DNA of 64,000 nucleotides from Veleropilina oligotropha (Eukaryota): NCBI GenBank assembly GCA_048128005.1, contig JBEUKZ010000034.1, positions 1 to 64,000 of the forward strand, read 5' to 3'. Shown piece by piece: positions 13,318 to 23,477 of this stretch (position 1 is its first letter; each line of letters starts with the position of its first letter). The notes under the pieces were generated by a model. It saw only the letters and a program-made list of their open reading frames with translations, ran no database searches and was not told where the DNA came from. The position numbers and the translations under genes were made by a program.

Positions 13318-15212
13318 CTAAACACGGTTCAACTCCCATATATCACCAGTCCGAATCTGATATCAAATAGTATTATTCATTAAGACTCTGTAATCCACTA
13401 TCATTATATGTTACATGTAATATAGAGAAAAATCACAATGTATAAGCAGATTGAACAGTCAATCTAGTTATGAACGCGCTGAACTCTGTCCATTCACAGC
13501 TTTGTTCAGAGTTTATTCGTGGTTCAAGGCATTATGAGTCATATTTGAGCTATTTTTCCCCGGGGGTGAGGTATTGGGGTGGGGGCATACCCCCCGGGCA
13601 CTCCACCCTGTTCCCTGAGGCGGGGGTAGGTATAACCTTAGGTTTCCTCTGTCTAGATGAACCATATTGTTCAGTGATTATTCAAATGTATTTTCCAATG
13701 CTACATGGACTACTGTCATTTGGCCGAGTTATAAATACCAATGTCATGTGACATGAAGTTCTTTGTTCGGAATACGAGTAGCATAACAGCGAAATATCAG
13801 CCGAAAATCTCGTATTAAGCTCCCGATAATAACAAGGTATGTATAAATGTCATTTTGAAAACGAAGAATTATTATTCTCAACGCTAATAGTATCATACAG
13901 CCTGACTACTGTCAAAGCTATTTATGATTAATCAGTCATTACAAGGTAGGACACCGTTTTAGTTTCGTATTTTCGATATGATCAATTAGTCTTTCTGACA
14001 CTTGTACTCGTTCAGTCTATAATATAAATAGTAGACCGTTTTCATAGTATTATTGTAAACAGATTCTGCTGGTGCCCGCACGTGCAAAACATGTGTGATG
14101 AGTCATTGGCCATGTTTGAAAACATGTCTGATCATGTTTCAGTGCCTGTCTACCATTGGTTTCTCCAGGTAAAAAGCCAGGGGGACATATTTCAATGCTA
14201 TTAGCATCTCCGTCCAGTTTTAAATTTGGCATTATTAATTATCTCTATTGTATAATCACCATATAATGATCATAGTATTTTTTGATAATTATCACCTGTA
14301 ATTCTGATTTATAACATATGGTAGTGACCACGACCGGCGTGTATACAATATAGCGTTGCGTACTGGTTACGTCATGAAATCAGGACATGTGAAGTTTAAC
14401 AGGATGTCGGTCAATGCTGCAATTTGCCATATACTAAAATAGATCTGTGCTATTCTCCAGAGTGTTGACTAAAAAGGGGTCAGTTGGATATCATTACATT
14501 GCATGCCTAGCTATGCTGGACTCACAGCTTGTGTTGAGATATCGCTTCACATGAACTGCCAAGCCATGCCAGACTAACAGACTGTGTTGGGACTATTAAT
14601 GTCGCTGACAGTAGCACGACAGTTGAATAAAGATATATTTATATTGCCGTTACGTGGCAAAGAATATTGCCGTCGTGCATAAAATCAAGCCATACAGCAG
14701 TTAATGATACGTTGCAAAGAATATTGACTCTACTAAATTTGGTGCTGGTAGAATGGCATCTTCACATTAAATATTATATGGTTGACACAGTGAGCGAAAT
14801 AGACTTACCAGTTTAAGAGGTAAATCCCTACTTTCCGTTATAGTGAACTGTGTGGTAGAATGACTGGCATCTTCGCATTAAATATTATATGATTGACACA
14901 GTGAGTGAAATAGACTTCCCAGTTTTAAGAGGTAAATCCATGCTTTCCCTATAACTGTGTATGCACAAAGGCTGTCAACTTATCATACGGGTCTGAGGCT
15001 CGACTGAATAATCTGTATAATCTATCAGACAGCTGCTGACAGCCTTCTGCCAGGTCCTATTTACTAATTGATTATGTGTATTTAATCTATTCTATAATGG
15101 TATATAATAGAGGTTAAATTACTTATAATTAAACGTTTTGGCATAACTAGGGTATTCTTTCAGAGGATTTTGGTGGCCCTGAAAAGGGCCGTTTGGTGGT
15201 GCATAGCGTGCA

Positions 15213-15488
15213 CTAGACGGGGTATGCTGTCACGATGTGCCGGGAGACAAGGATCGTACGAACAGCGTAGCACGGCAGGCCGGTGACGCTGTATCCCGTG
15301 AGGGTCTCGAACGTTCTTTCCCTCCGTTCTCTGGTGGTCGTGAGCTGCGTGGTGGTGTGAGGGTCGGTCGCCGTCTTCATGATGATGTTGCGTATCGTCT
15401 TCTCAGTCCCCGTAAACTCGGATTTCCCGGCATTCGAGCCGGGAAGATGCCCTCGAAAAACATGTCCCCAGTTGACCGAGAAATACAT
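15213..15488 (-). CDS. Small candidate EndoU-like (polymorphic-toxin type) ribonuclease, 91 aa
   Basis: Motif order HVFRGH...GKSEF...G...IVTAYPV resembles bacterial EndoU toxin domains. It is a GC-rich island in AT-rich DNA with a TATA-like element at ~15547. Confidence 0.55.
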   Translation of the reverse strand: MYFSVNWGHVFRGHLPGSNAGKSEFTGTEKTIRNIIMKTATDPHTTTQLTTTRERRERTFETLTGYSVTGLPCYAVRTILVSRHIVTAYPV

Positions 15489-16269
15489 GTTGGGATGAAT
15501 TTTTCTTGAAAATCACAGTATTTATAGTTACTAAAAATAAATTCTATTTATATAAACTTATGTCATTTCAAAGCCATATGATTGGATGCCCATTTATTAT
15601 TTAATAAGGCATCATTGTTTTAAAATAATAATCACATTTTTAAATTAGTATTATATTTATATAGTATGCCTGTACTAGTAAAACTATTATTTAAATCATT
15701 ACGTGGTTAAGTTTAGGTTATTTGGCGCACATATTTTGAAAAACGGTTTCCAGATCTGCCTCTATTTTTGGGGAGTAAACATCCGGCCCCCCCTGATGAC
15801 TTACCCAAAAAATAAATGCGTTATATGATATATACACACACACAAGCACTAATATTTAGGTGCTGCTTTGGTTATACTGTACACTTGCTAACAATTTCTT
15901 AATCAGATTTAATTTTTCGCTTTAGAATTACATAGCAAATACAATTTTGAGCCAGTATGTCATTCTGTAGATATCCTATCGGATGGTGATATAGTACTGC
16001 TATTAAAGTAATATTGTGTGGGGCAATTGGTGTGTAACTAACATGGTAACTATCGTATACAAGTAATCACAGAAGCATTTGGTGGCCCTGGCAGACACTA
16101 TATTTAGAACATTCTTGACCATACTTTTGGTGCTGCTGACAGATATATTTAGAACTGAGGTGACTCATTTGTTTTTGTGACATCCAGCTATTTTAATAGA
16201 ATGACGATTACGACTAGAATAGAATCATAAGCCTATATATATAAACAGCATCTATATGAAAATCATATC

Positions 16270-16518
16270 ATGGCTTCTTCAACACCCTTTGATCGCTCCG
16301 AAGACAAGAAAAGGTCTGAAAATCATATGAAGTCACCCTTTGATCGCTCTGAAGACAAGAAAAGGACTGAAAATTATATTTATTGGTCGGTAATGCGGCA
16401 GGTGGAGATGTCCTTGTCAGAAGATGGCTGTTTAAATTATTATAATATTGTCGATCATAGGAAATCTTGTCATTGTATTGAATGTTCGGCAGAACGTCTA
16501 TGTATCAACAGTAAATAA
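16270..16518 (+). CDS. Hypothetical 82-aa Polinton protein with an internal 16-aa duplication and Cys/His-rich C-terminus
   Basis: TATATATA upstream (~16234), ATCATGG start context, AATAAA overlapping the stop. No homology recognised. Confidence 0.35.
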   Translation: MASSTPFDRSEDKKRSENHMKSPFDRSEDKKRTENYIYWSVMRQVEMSLSEDGCLNYYNIVDHRKSCHCIECSAERLCINSK

Positions 16519-16946
16519 ATGTTTATCAGCCATGCTAACTGTGTTGATCAATGGTGTGCGTGTGGTATATCGAATTGAGTATATATATATATATAAATGA
16601 TCAAATTTTGAGTGGACATCTTGGTATATATTTGAGAGGGCCAGGCCGTACGGCTGTGTTACTCAAGGCACTGTACTAAGCACACAAGTATTATTCGTAG
16701 TAACAATGGTGTTTCGAACTAGTATGAACGGCATCTATTAAGTCGGGATTTGTGACTATAATGGGTTCGAGCCCCGGCGTGGCGCAAGTTCAGTATTCTC
16801 ATTACCATTATCACGGTGAGAACTGGCAAACACATTAGTGAAAATCACATATGGACTTGTACACATCTTGACTTGTACAATCACATTGTGTCCACATCTT
16901 GACTTGTCCGCATTTTGACTTGATGGAAATCTTGACTTGTACACAT

Positions 16947-17648
16947 TTGGTGGGAAAAACACGCTATTTTTAGAGCCAACATGATGTCACGAACTATTTA
17001 TATTTACCAATCAGAGACAACTAGCATTGCACAATATGGGGAAATCCCATGACTAAAAATAGTTTTGGCGGGAAAACATGTCCAAACACGCTATTTTCAG
17101 AGCCCACATGATGTCACGAGCTATTTATATTTACCAATCAGAGACAACTAGCATTGCACAATATGGGGAAATCCCATGACTAAAAATAGTTTTGGCGGGA
17201 AAACATGTCCAAACACGCTATTTTCAGAGCCCACATGATGTCACGAGCTATTTATATTTACCAATCAGAGACAACTAGCATTGCACAATATGGGGAAATC
17301 CCATGACTAAAAATAGTTTTGGCGGGAAAACATGTCCAAACACGCTATTTTTAGTGACCACATGATGTCATGAGCTATTTATATTTACCAATCAGAGGCA
17401 ACTAGCATTGCACAATATGGGGAAATCCCATGACTAAAAATAGTTTTGGCGGGAAAACATGTCCAAACACGCTATTTTTAGTGACCACATGATGTCATGA
17501 GCTATTTATATTTACCAATCAGAGGCAACTAGCATTGCACAATATGGGGAAATCCCATGACTAAAAATAGTTTGGTGGGAAATCATGTCCAAACACGCTA
17601 TTTTTAGTGACCACATGATGTCATGAGCTATTTATATTGACCAATCAG
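16947..17648 (+). promoter_or_regulatory. 127-bp tandem enhancer-like array (~5.5 copies) upstream of polB
   Basis: CCAAT at 17007, 17134, 17261, 17388 and 17515. Units carry GGGGAAATCCC, CTAAAAATAG and TGATGTCA, and most carry TTTTGGCGGGAAAA. Confidence 0.75.
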
Positions 17649-17817
17649 CGAGCGCCTCTTATCGAGCGATGGCAACAGCCAATCACAGCCAAGCTCTCTG
17701 TTTTCAACAGCCAATCAGCGATCACTTCCGGTCATGTAATGATGTCATTGTTCTATTTATAGTAACAAGCCAGCTATAAATACTCCTGAAAATGTGTAGA
17801 TAATCATTAATGAAGAA

Positions 17818-20800
17818 ATGGCTTCGAACGCAAAGAACCCGAGACTTGATGGCGAACAGAAGAGTTATGTTGTCGAGCAAGTCAGCCAAAGAAGATTTAA
17901 AACGAATCTGGCTATTGATACGAAATACCGGGTGAAACTGAATGCTGACCATTGGCAGAATAAAAAGTTGATGGACATTACGGGAGATCTTCACGACATG
18001 TTTACCGAAATCCTTGAAGATATACCCGCTCGTCAGAATTCGCTCGGTCGCATATTACTATCGCACCCCAGCTTGAAAGATAGTATCGTGGTGAAGTTAC
18101 AAGAGTTACGTACGTTGACAGCTGATGTCGTAATGGAGACTATCGATAAAGTGCTCCAGAGTTTCCAGGAATTGGACATTACGGAAGGATTTGAGATAAA
18201 TATGGGCATTATTAATTTGCCACAAGGAGCTGCGAAGACTTACATTACGAACTTGAATACAAGCATTAAACAGAAACGCTCGATGGTCGAAATTATTAAT
18301 GAGGACATGTTATGTTTACCACGTGCGATTGCAGTATCTTGGGCTGCCTTAAATAAAGTGTCTTTGGAACAATGGAAAAAATTAACTGAAAACTTACCTC
18401 AGCAAAAAATGGTGGACCGAATATTACAGACAGGAAAAGTCCCAGAATATCATTATACACATTTAACGGCTAAGAAGCGATGCGAACAAAAGAAATTTGC
18501 TGAAGAATTATGTCGTCGTGCTGGCGTGCCATTAGATCAGCCGCTTGGACCGAAACATATTGCAGCTTTTGAAAATGTTCTGAACGTCAACATATTAACA
18601 ATATCCTCGAAATTGGGAAACAAATTTAGCCGAATTGCGAATAATCCAGAAAGAAAAAACATTTATTTATATTTGATCGAGAAAGAAGACCAAGAAGTAG
18701 GTCATTACAACAGCGTGAACTCTCTCTCTGGTTTCTTCTCGACCTCGTACTTTTGTGAAAATTGCCTGAAACCCTACAGCAACACAAATCAGCATCAATG
18801 TGAAAAATATTGTCGTGTTTGTAAATCTGGCGGGTGCGAGGAGATAAAGCTGATGAGTTGTCGAAATTGTCACATGACATGCAGATCTCAGGACTGTTTT
18901 GATAGACATATAATCGAAAGCGAAAAACGACCTTCAGAATGTCAAAAGTGGTTTAAATGCACAAAATGTTATCACGTTATGAATGTCGAAAAAAGATCAC
19001 TGACCGATCATCGATGTGGAGAATATTTGTGTTCGTCTTGTGATCTATACGTGATGTCTGATCATAAGTGCTATGTGCGAGCGTTTGTCAACAAACCAAG
19101 CTTTCCGAAATATATCTTCTTTGATTATGAAACGACGCAAGATACGATAATGGAGTGTACAGATGGATATAAACCTGCCGAAGATAATGGAAAATGGCGG
19201 CAGTGCCTTCATTGTAATACTTCGACGTGTGGACATCCTGTGCATATACCAAATTTAGTAGTTGCCCATACGGCTTGTTATAACTGCAATGGTTTGACAG
19301 ATTATTGTTCGATGTGTGGAAGCAGATGTTCTCAATGTTATATTAAAAAGAAGGCGAAAATCGAAATGCCTCCTTGTGCAGGGAAATGTGGAAATACCGA
19401 AGTGATTTTTAAAGGCAATCAAACTGCCGAGAATTTTGGACAATGGCTGTTTACTGAAGGACATCGTAATTTTACGGCACTCGCCCATAATATGAAGTCG
19501 TTTGACGGTTTATTTCTACTGGATTACTTAATCGAGCATAGCATGCGGCCCGAGAAAATCATATACAATGGATCAAAAATAATGTATATGTCTGTGGCAA
19601 AAGGAATGGATATTAGAATACTCGACAGTTTGAATTTTCTGCCAATGAAATTATCACATTTACCTAAAGCATTTGGACTGCCTGAACTTAAGAAAGGATT
19701 TTTTGCTCATTATTATAATACAAAAGCAAATCAAAATTATGTTGGACCATACCCTGAACCCGCTCTATATGGATACGATTACATGTCAAAAAATGATAGA
19801 GAGGAATTTTTGGAATGGTATGAAACAGTGAAAAATGATGTATTTGATTTACAAAAAGAAATGTTGGATTATTGTAGAAGCGATGTGATGATATTGAAAC
19901 AAACATGTTTAAAGTTTAGTGATTTGTTAGAAAAAGCTACTGGATATTATGCATTGAATGAACATAACGAACGAGTGAAAGTGAATACTGTGAACCCATT
20001 TAATTTCCTGACAATAGCCTCTACATGTAGTGCTGTGTATAGAAGTCAATTTTTGCCAGAAGAATGGAGAATGAAAATTAATGATGCATGGGTGCCAGCA
20101 AGAAAAGAAAATGGTAGTTTTAAAGTGTTGATTGATGATGAATGGACACGAAATTACCCTGCCGATTGTGAAAAGGAATTTGTGAGGTCACCAATAGCAC
20201 GAATACCGTCAAATATTACTCAAGATCAGTATAGTATGGAATCAATTCAATGGCTCGAATGGATCGCGCACAAAAAAAATATTTCGATACAGCATGCATT
20301 AAATAAAGGCGAAGTTAAGCTTCCCGGATCAAATTACAAATCGGATGGATATGCAAATGGGGTGGCATACGAGTATAACGGGTGTATTTGGCATGGTTGT
20401 CAGTGTATAAAGACGAATAGAGATGTTAAACACCCCAAAACAGGTCAAAGTCTTGATGAATTGTATGCTTTAACTATGAAAAAAATGCATTTTATAAAAA
20501 GTTTAGGACTGTCTTATAAATGTATTTGGGCGTGTGAATACCAGGAAGAATTGAAAACAAATGTTGAATTGTCTAATTTTGTAAAGTCACTCGATTTAGT
20601 AAGTAGATTAGAGCCAAGAGATAGCTTCTATGGGGGCCGGACAAATGCTACAAAACTTCATTATAAAATCTCTGGTGATGAACAGATTAAATATGCCGAT
20701 GTTTGCAGTCTTTACCCATTTACGCAGAAATATAAACAATATCCATTATTCCATCCAGAAATAATTACCACCGACTTCAAAAATATCGAATCATATTTCG

Positions 20801-21966
20801 GAATTGCAAAAGTGAAGGTTCTCCCCCCAAAGAAGCTATATCATGGAGTATTGCCCTATAGATCAAATGGTAAATTAACATTTCCCCTTTGTAAATCCTG
20901 TGCATTAAGACAACAACAAACTCCCTGTACGTGTAGTGATGATGAACGCATGCTTGATGGTACATATTGTACACCCGAATTAGTGAAAGCTGTTAGCAAG
21001 GGCTATAAAATTGTAAAGATTTATGAAGTGTATCATTGGAACGAAACTACTATGTATGATCCTGCAACTTGTGAAGGCGGTTTGTTCGCCGATTACATAA
21101 ACACCTTTTTGAAATACAAACAGGAAGCAAGTGGGTGGCCATCTTGGATTAAAAATGATGATGATAAAAAACGTTACATCGAAAATTACAAGGAAAATGA
21201 AGGGATTATTTTGGATGAAAATAATATCGATAAAAATCCCGGATTAAGATCGATTTCAAAATTATTTCTCAATGCATTTTGGGGCAAATTTGGCGAAAGA
21301 TTAAATCTGAAACAGACACAATTTATTCACGAAGACGAGGCCGAACTATTTCTGCAGATTTTGGCAGACCCCACCAAAGAAATTCACGACTTTCATTTAT
21401 TATCGCATAACATGATACATCTGGAATACACTCATAAGAAAGCTTTCATACCCGAAAGCGATAAAGCGAATATTTACATAGCAACTTTTACCACTTGTTG
21501 GGCTAGATTGAAATTGTACTCGATATTAGAAGAATTGGATCGTAATGTATTGTATTTTGACACTGATTCTGTGATATATGTGACTGGACCTGGACGGCCA
21601 GATGTACAGTTAGGTGATTATTTAGGACAATTGACAAACGAATTGGAAGGTGATGATTACATTGAAGAATTTGTATCTGGAGGCCCCAAAAATTATGCTT
21701 TTAGAACTAATACCGGGCACGAATGTTGTAAAGTAAGAGGATTCACGCTAAATTATGCAAATAGTAAATTGATTAATTTTGATGCAGTCAAGGAAATTGT
21801 AACTACTAACAACAACAAAATCATAACTGTTACTAACCCAAGTAAAATTTGTAGAGATAAGAGAAAGAGGAAATTGTATAACAGAGAGGAAAAGAAGAAA
21901 TATCAAATGGTTTATACAAAGCGTGCATTGTTAGATAATTTTGATACATTGCCATATGGATATTGA
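17818..21966 (+). CDS. polB: Protein-primed family B DNA polymerase (pPolB), 1382 aa, with N-terminal OTU-like and Zn-finger regions and an inserted Vsr-like nuclease
   Basis: Exonuclease motifs FFDYET, AHNMKSFDG and YCRSDV; polymerase motifs DVCSLYP, KLFLNAFWGKFG, YFDTDS and PKNY. OTU-like DMLCLPRAI...GHY. Vsr-like DGY...YEYNGCIWHG. Confidence 0.97.
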   Translation: MASNAKNPRLDGEQKSYVVEQVSQRRFKTNLAIDTKYRVKLNADHWQNKKLMDITGDLHDMFTEILEDIPARQNSLGRILLSHPSLKDSIVVKLQELRTLTADVVMETIDKVLQSFQELDITEGFEINMGIINLPQGAAKTYITNLNTSIKQKRSMVEIINEDMLCLPRAIAVSWAALNKVSLEQWKKLTENLPQQKMVDRILQTGKVPEYHYTHLTAKKRCEQKKFAEELCRRAGVPLDQPLGPKHIAAFENVLNVNILTISSKLGNKFSRIANNPERKNIYLYLIEKEDQEVGHYNSVNSLSGFFSTSYFCENCLKPYSNTNQHQCEKYCRVCKSGGCEEIKLMSCRNCHMTCRSQDCFDRHIIESEKRPSECQKWFKCTKCYHVMNVEKRSLTDHRCGEYLCSSCDLYVMSDHKCYVRAFVNKPSFPKYIFFDYETTQDTIMECTDGYKPAEDNGKWRQCLHCNTSTCGHPVHIPNLVVAHTACYNCNGLTDYCSMCGSRCSQCYIKKKAKIEMPPCAGKCGNTEVIFKGNQTAENFGQWLFTEGHRNFTALAHNMKSFDGLFLLDYLIEHSMRPEKIIYNGSKIMYMSVAKGMDIRILDSLNFLPMKLSHLPKAFGLPELKKGFFAHYYNTKANQNYVGPYPEPALYGYDYMSKNDREEFLEWYETVKNDVFDLQKEMLDYCRSDVMILKQTCLKFSDLLEKATGYYALNEHNERVKVNTVNPFNFLTIASTCSAVYRSQFLPEEWRMKINDAWVPARKENGSFKVLIDDEWTRNYPADCEKEFVRSPIARIPSNITQDQYSMESIQWLEWIAHKKNISIQHALNKGEVKLPGSNYKSDGYANGVAYEYNGCIWHGCQCIKTNRDVKHPKTGQSLDELYALTMKKMHFIKSLGLSYKCIWACEYQEELKTNVELSNFVKSLDLVSRLEPRDSFYGGRTNATKLHYKISGDEQIKYADVCSLYPFTQKYKQYPLFHPEIITTDFKNIESYFGIAKVKVLPPKKLYHGVLPYRSNGKLTFPLCKSCALRQQQTPCTCSDDERMLDGTYCTPELVKAVSKGYKIVKIYEVYHWNETTMYDPATCEGGLFADYINTFLKYKQEASGWPSWIKNDDDKKRYIENYKENEGIILDENNIDKNPGLRSISKLFLNAFWGKFGERLNLKQTQFIHEDEAELFLQILADPTKEIHDFHLLSHNMIHLEYTHKKAFIPESDKANIYIATFTTCWARLKLYSILEELDRNVLYFDTDSVIYVTGPGRPDVQLGDYLGQLTNELEGDDYIEEFVSGGPKNYAFRTNTGHECCKVRGFTLNYANSKLINFDAVKEIVTTNNNKIITVTNPSKICRDKRKRKLYNREEKKKYQMVYTKRALLDNFDTLPYGY

Positions 21967-21976
21967 ATGTGACACG

Positions 21977-22205
21977 AAAAAAACGGCCCAGAAAAAAAAA
22001 AAAAAAAAAAAAATGGCCGACAAAAGATGGCCTAGAAAAAAAATGGCCGACAAAAGATGGCCTAGAAAAAAAAAAAAAATGGCCGACAAAAGATGGCCTA
22101 AAAAAAAAAAAAACGGCCCAGAAAAAAAAAAAAATGGCCGACAAAAGATGGCCTAGAAAAAAAAAAAAAAAAAAGGCCGACAAGATGGCCTAGAAAAAAA
22201 ATGGC
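21977..22205 (+). repeat. A-rich tandem repeat, (A)n-TGGCCGACAAAAGATGGCCTAG
   Basis: Seen directly. Lies between the polB stop codon and the ribozyme. Confidence 0.9.
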
Positions 22206-22207
22206 CC

Positions 22208-22265
22208 AAAGTGTAGCAGATAACCCAATCTGCCTGATGAGTCCTAATGGGGGACGAAACACTTT
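22208..22265 (+). ncRNA. Type III hammerhead ribozyme
   Basis: Stem III AAAGTGT/ACACTTT, cleavage triplet GUA (cut after 22215), stem I GCAGAT/ATCTGC, core CTGATGA, stem II GTCC/GGAC, then GAAA. Loops AACCCA and TAATGGG are complementary. Confidence 0.93.
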
Positions 22266-22302
22266 TAGTTAAAATATTTTTATTTCTCCATAAGAATACA
22301 TA

Positions 22303-22449
22303 TTAATACGGCAGCCATTGAAATGTTTTTTCTCCTGGTGGTCCTTTCACAAGTTTCCCAGGTACGAAGAGTTTCTTTTTCTTCTTCTCCTTCTTCTTTA
22401 ATAATTCATCGTATTCTTCTTTGGTTATTAATATCATTTCTTTAGACAT
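22303..22449 (-). CDS. Small basic 48-aa protein (MSKEMILITKEEYDELLKKKEKKKKKL...WLPY), last gene of the capsid cluster
   Basis: Read by hand (below the ORF-track cutoff). Overlaps the stop of the previous ORF and is followed by a minus-strand AATAAA at 22279-22284. Confidence 0.55.
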   Translation of the reverse strand: MSKEMILITKEEYDELLKKKEKKKKKLFVPGKLVKGPPGEKTFQWLPY

Positions 22450-22759
22450 CTTCGAGAAGGGGTAGAATTGGCTTTAACAGTAAGGGTAATAATGCTTGAT
22501 GACTTAACAATGCTTTTTTCTTCTTTAAACGACTGACATCATGACTGCTCAACAACAAAATGATCTCCTCGTACGGACGCAGCGTATTTATATAATCTGA
22601 ATCGATGGTCACGTGACCTTTCAAAATGTTCAATGCCACTTGTGACAATGCCGTCATTTGATCTTTGGTTAAATTTTGAAGCAAAGCTTTTCGTTGTTTT
22701 TGATTGCATTCTTGTATAAATCTAAGAAAAACGTCATTCGATGTGATTGCTTGGGCCAT
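22442..22759 (-). CDS. Small Polinton protein, probable core or membrane-active protein with an adenovirus pX-like hydrophobic tail
   Basis: ALNILKG motif, basic patch and C-terminal LLPLLLKPILPLL, next to the ATPase gene. Confidence 0.65.
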   Translation of the reverse strand: MAQAITSNDVFLRFIQECNQKQRKALLQNLTKDQMTALSQVALNILKGHVTIDSDYINTLRPYEEIILLLSSHDVSRLKKKKALLSHQALLPLLLKPILPLLEDV

Positions 22760-22777
22760 CTTTGATGTAAATGATAA

Positions 22778-23413
22778 TTACTCTCGTTTTGGCCAATATA
22801 TAATTGGATGCTCTTTTGGGAAAACGTGCGTGCGCAATTGAAATTTTTTATCAGAACTGGGGCATAAATCAATAACCAAATATCCATAATTTTCTGAAGT
22901 GGCTTTATCGTATGCATCTTTAAAATAAGCAGATTGACCTGGATAAATCTGCGAACCAAAGGTTAATATTTGTCTCGTGTCTCTTAAATTTCGAAATAGC
23001 ACAAAATAAGAGCAATTTAATGATATGCTTCTTGCAAATTTGCCTGGCGGATAGAGATTTTGAGTGATAAATATGCAGGTCACGTTCCTATGATGTGACG
23101 TAATGGTGAATAAATGAACATAGTCTTCGGATTGAACAATTCGTAGCATCAGATCATCCAATACTAAGATAACGTGTCCGCCATCTGCAAACCGTTCAAT
23201 ATCTTCTTTGGTGGGCAGACCTTCGTGAAATATGATGCTCTTTTTCATTTTGTCAAACAAGGGTTGATATTCCGAATATGCATATATGATTTTGCTGGCG
23301 GGCGTTGTAAACATGTTGTTTTCGAGTAAACGTTTGGTAAAATAACTTTTACCCGATTGCGTGGCACCAGATATCATTATCGTTGCAGGTGATTTAAATT
23401 GAAGTGCCATCAT
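22778..23413 (-). CDS. A32-like (FtsK-HerA) genome-packaging ATPase
   Basis: Walker A GATQSGKS, Walker B LVLDDL, SHHRN and ITQNL motifs. Confidence 0.95.
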   Translation of the reverse strand: MMALQFKSPATIMISGATQSGKSYFTKRLLENNMFTTPASKIIYAYSEYQPLFDKMKKSIIFHEGLPTKEDIERFADGGHVILVLDDLMLRIVQSEDYVHLFTITSHHRNVTCIFITQNLYPPGKFARSISLNCSYFVLFRNLRDTRQILTFGSQIYPGQSAYFKDAYDKATSENYGYLVIDLCPSSDKKFQLRTHVFPKEHPIIYWPKRE

Positions 23414-23477
23414 TGAAAACTAAACACATAATGACGAGAACATTTTTATTTATTCATTATATAAGGAATACAGTAGT

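Noticed and set aside
15765..15815. CTGATGA within a hairpin as a second hammerhead (also CTGATGA at ~50945)
   Set aside because: No stem II followed by GAAA and no stem III. The first is only a simple hairpin before AATAAA, and the second lies in coding sequence.
16640..16790. Possible VA-RNA-like Pol III gene (B-box GGTTCGAGCC, partly complementary ends)
   Set aside because: No clear A-box or oligo-T terminator. It resembles the local SINE head, so it is more likely a decayed SINE.
21833..22193. Poly-Lys / poly-Phe ORFs
   Set aside because: Artefacts of the A-rich repeat.
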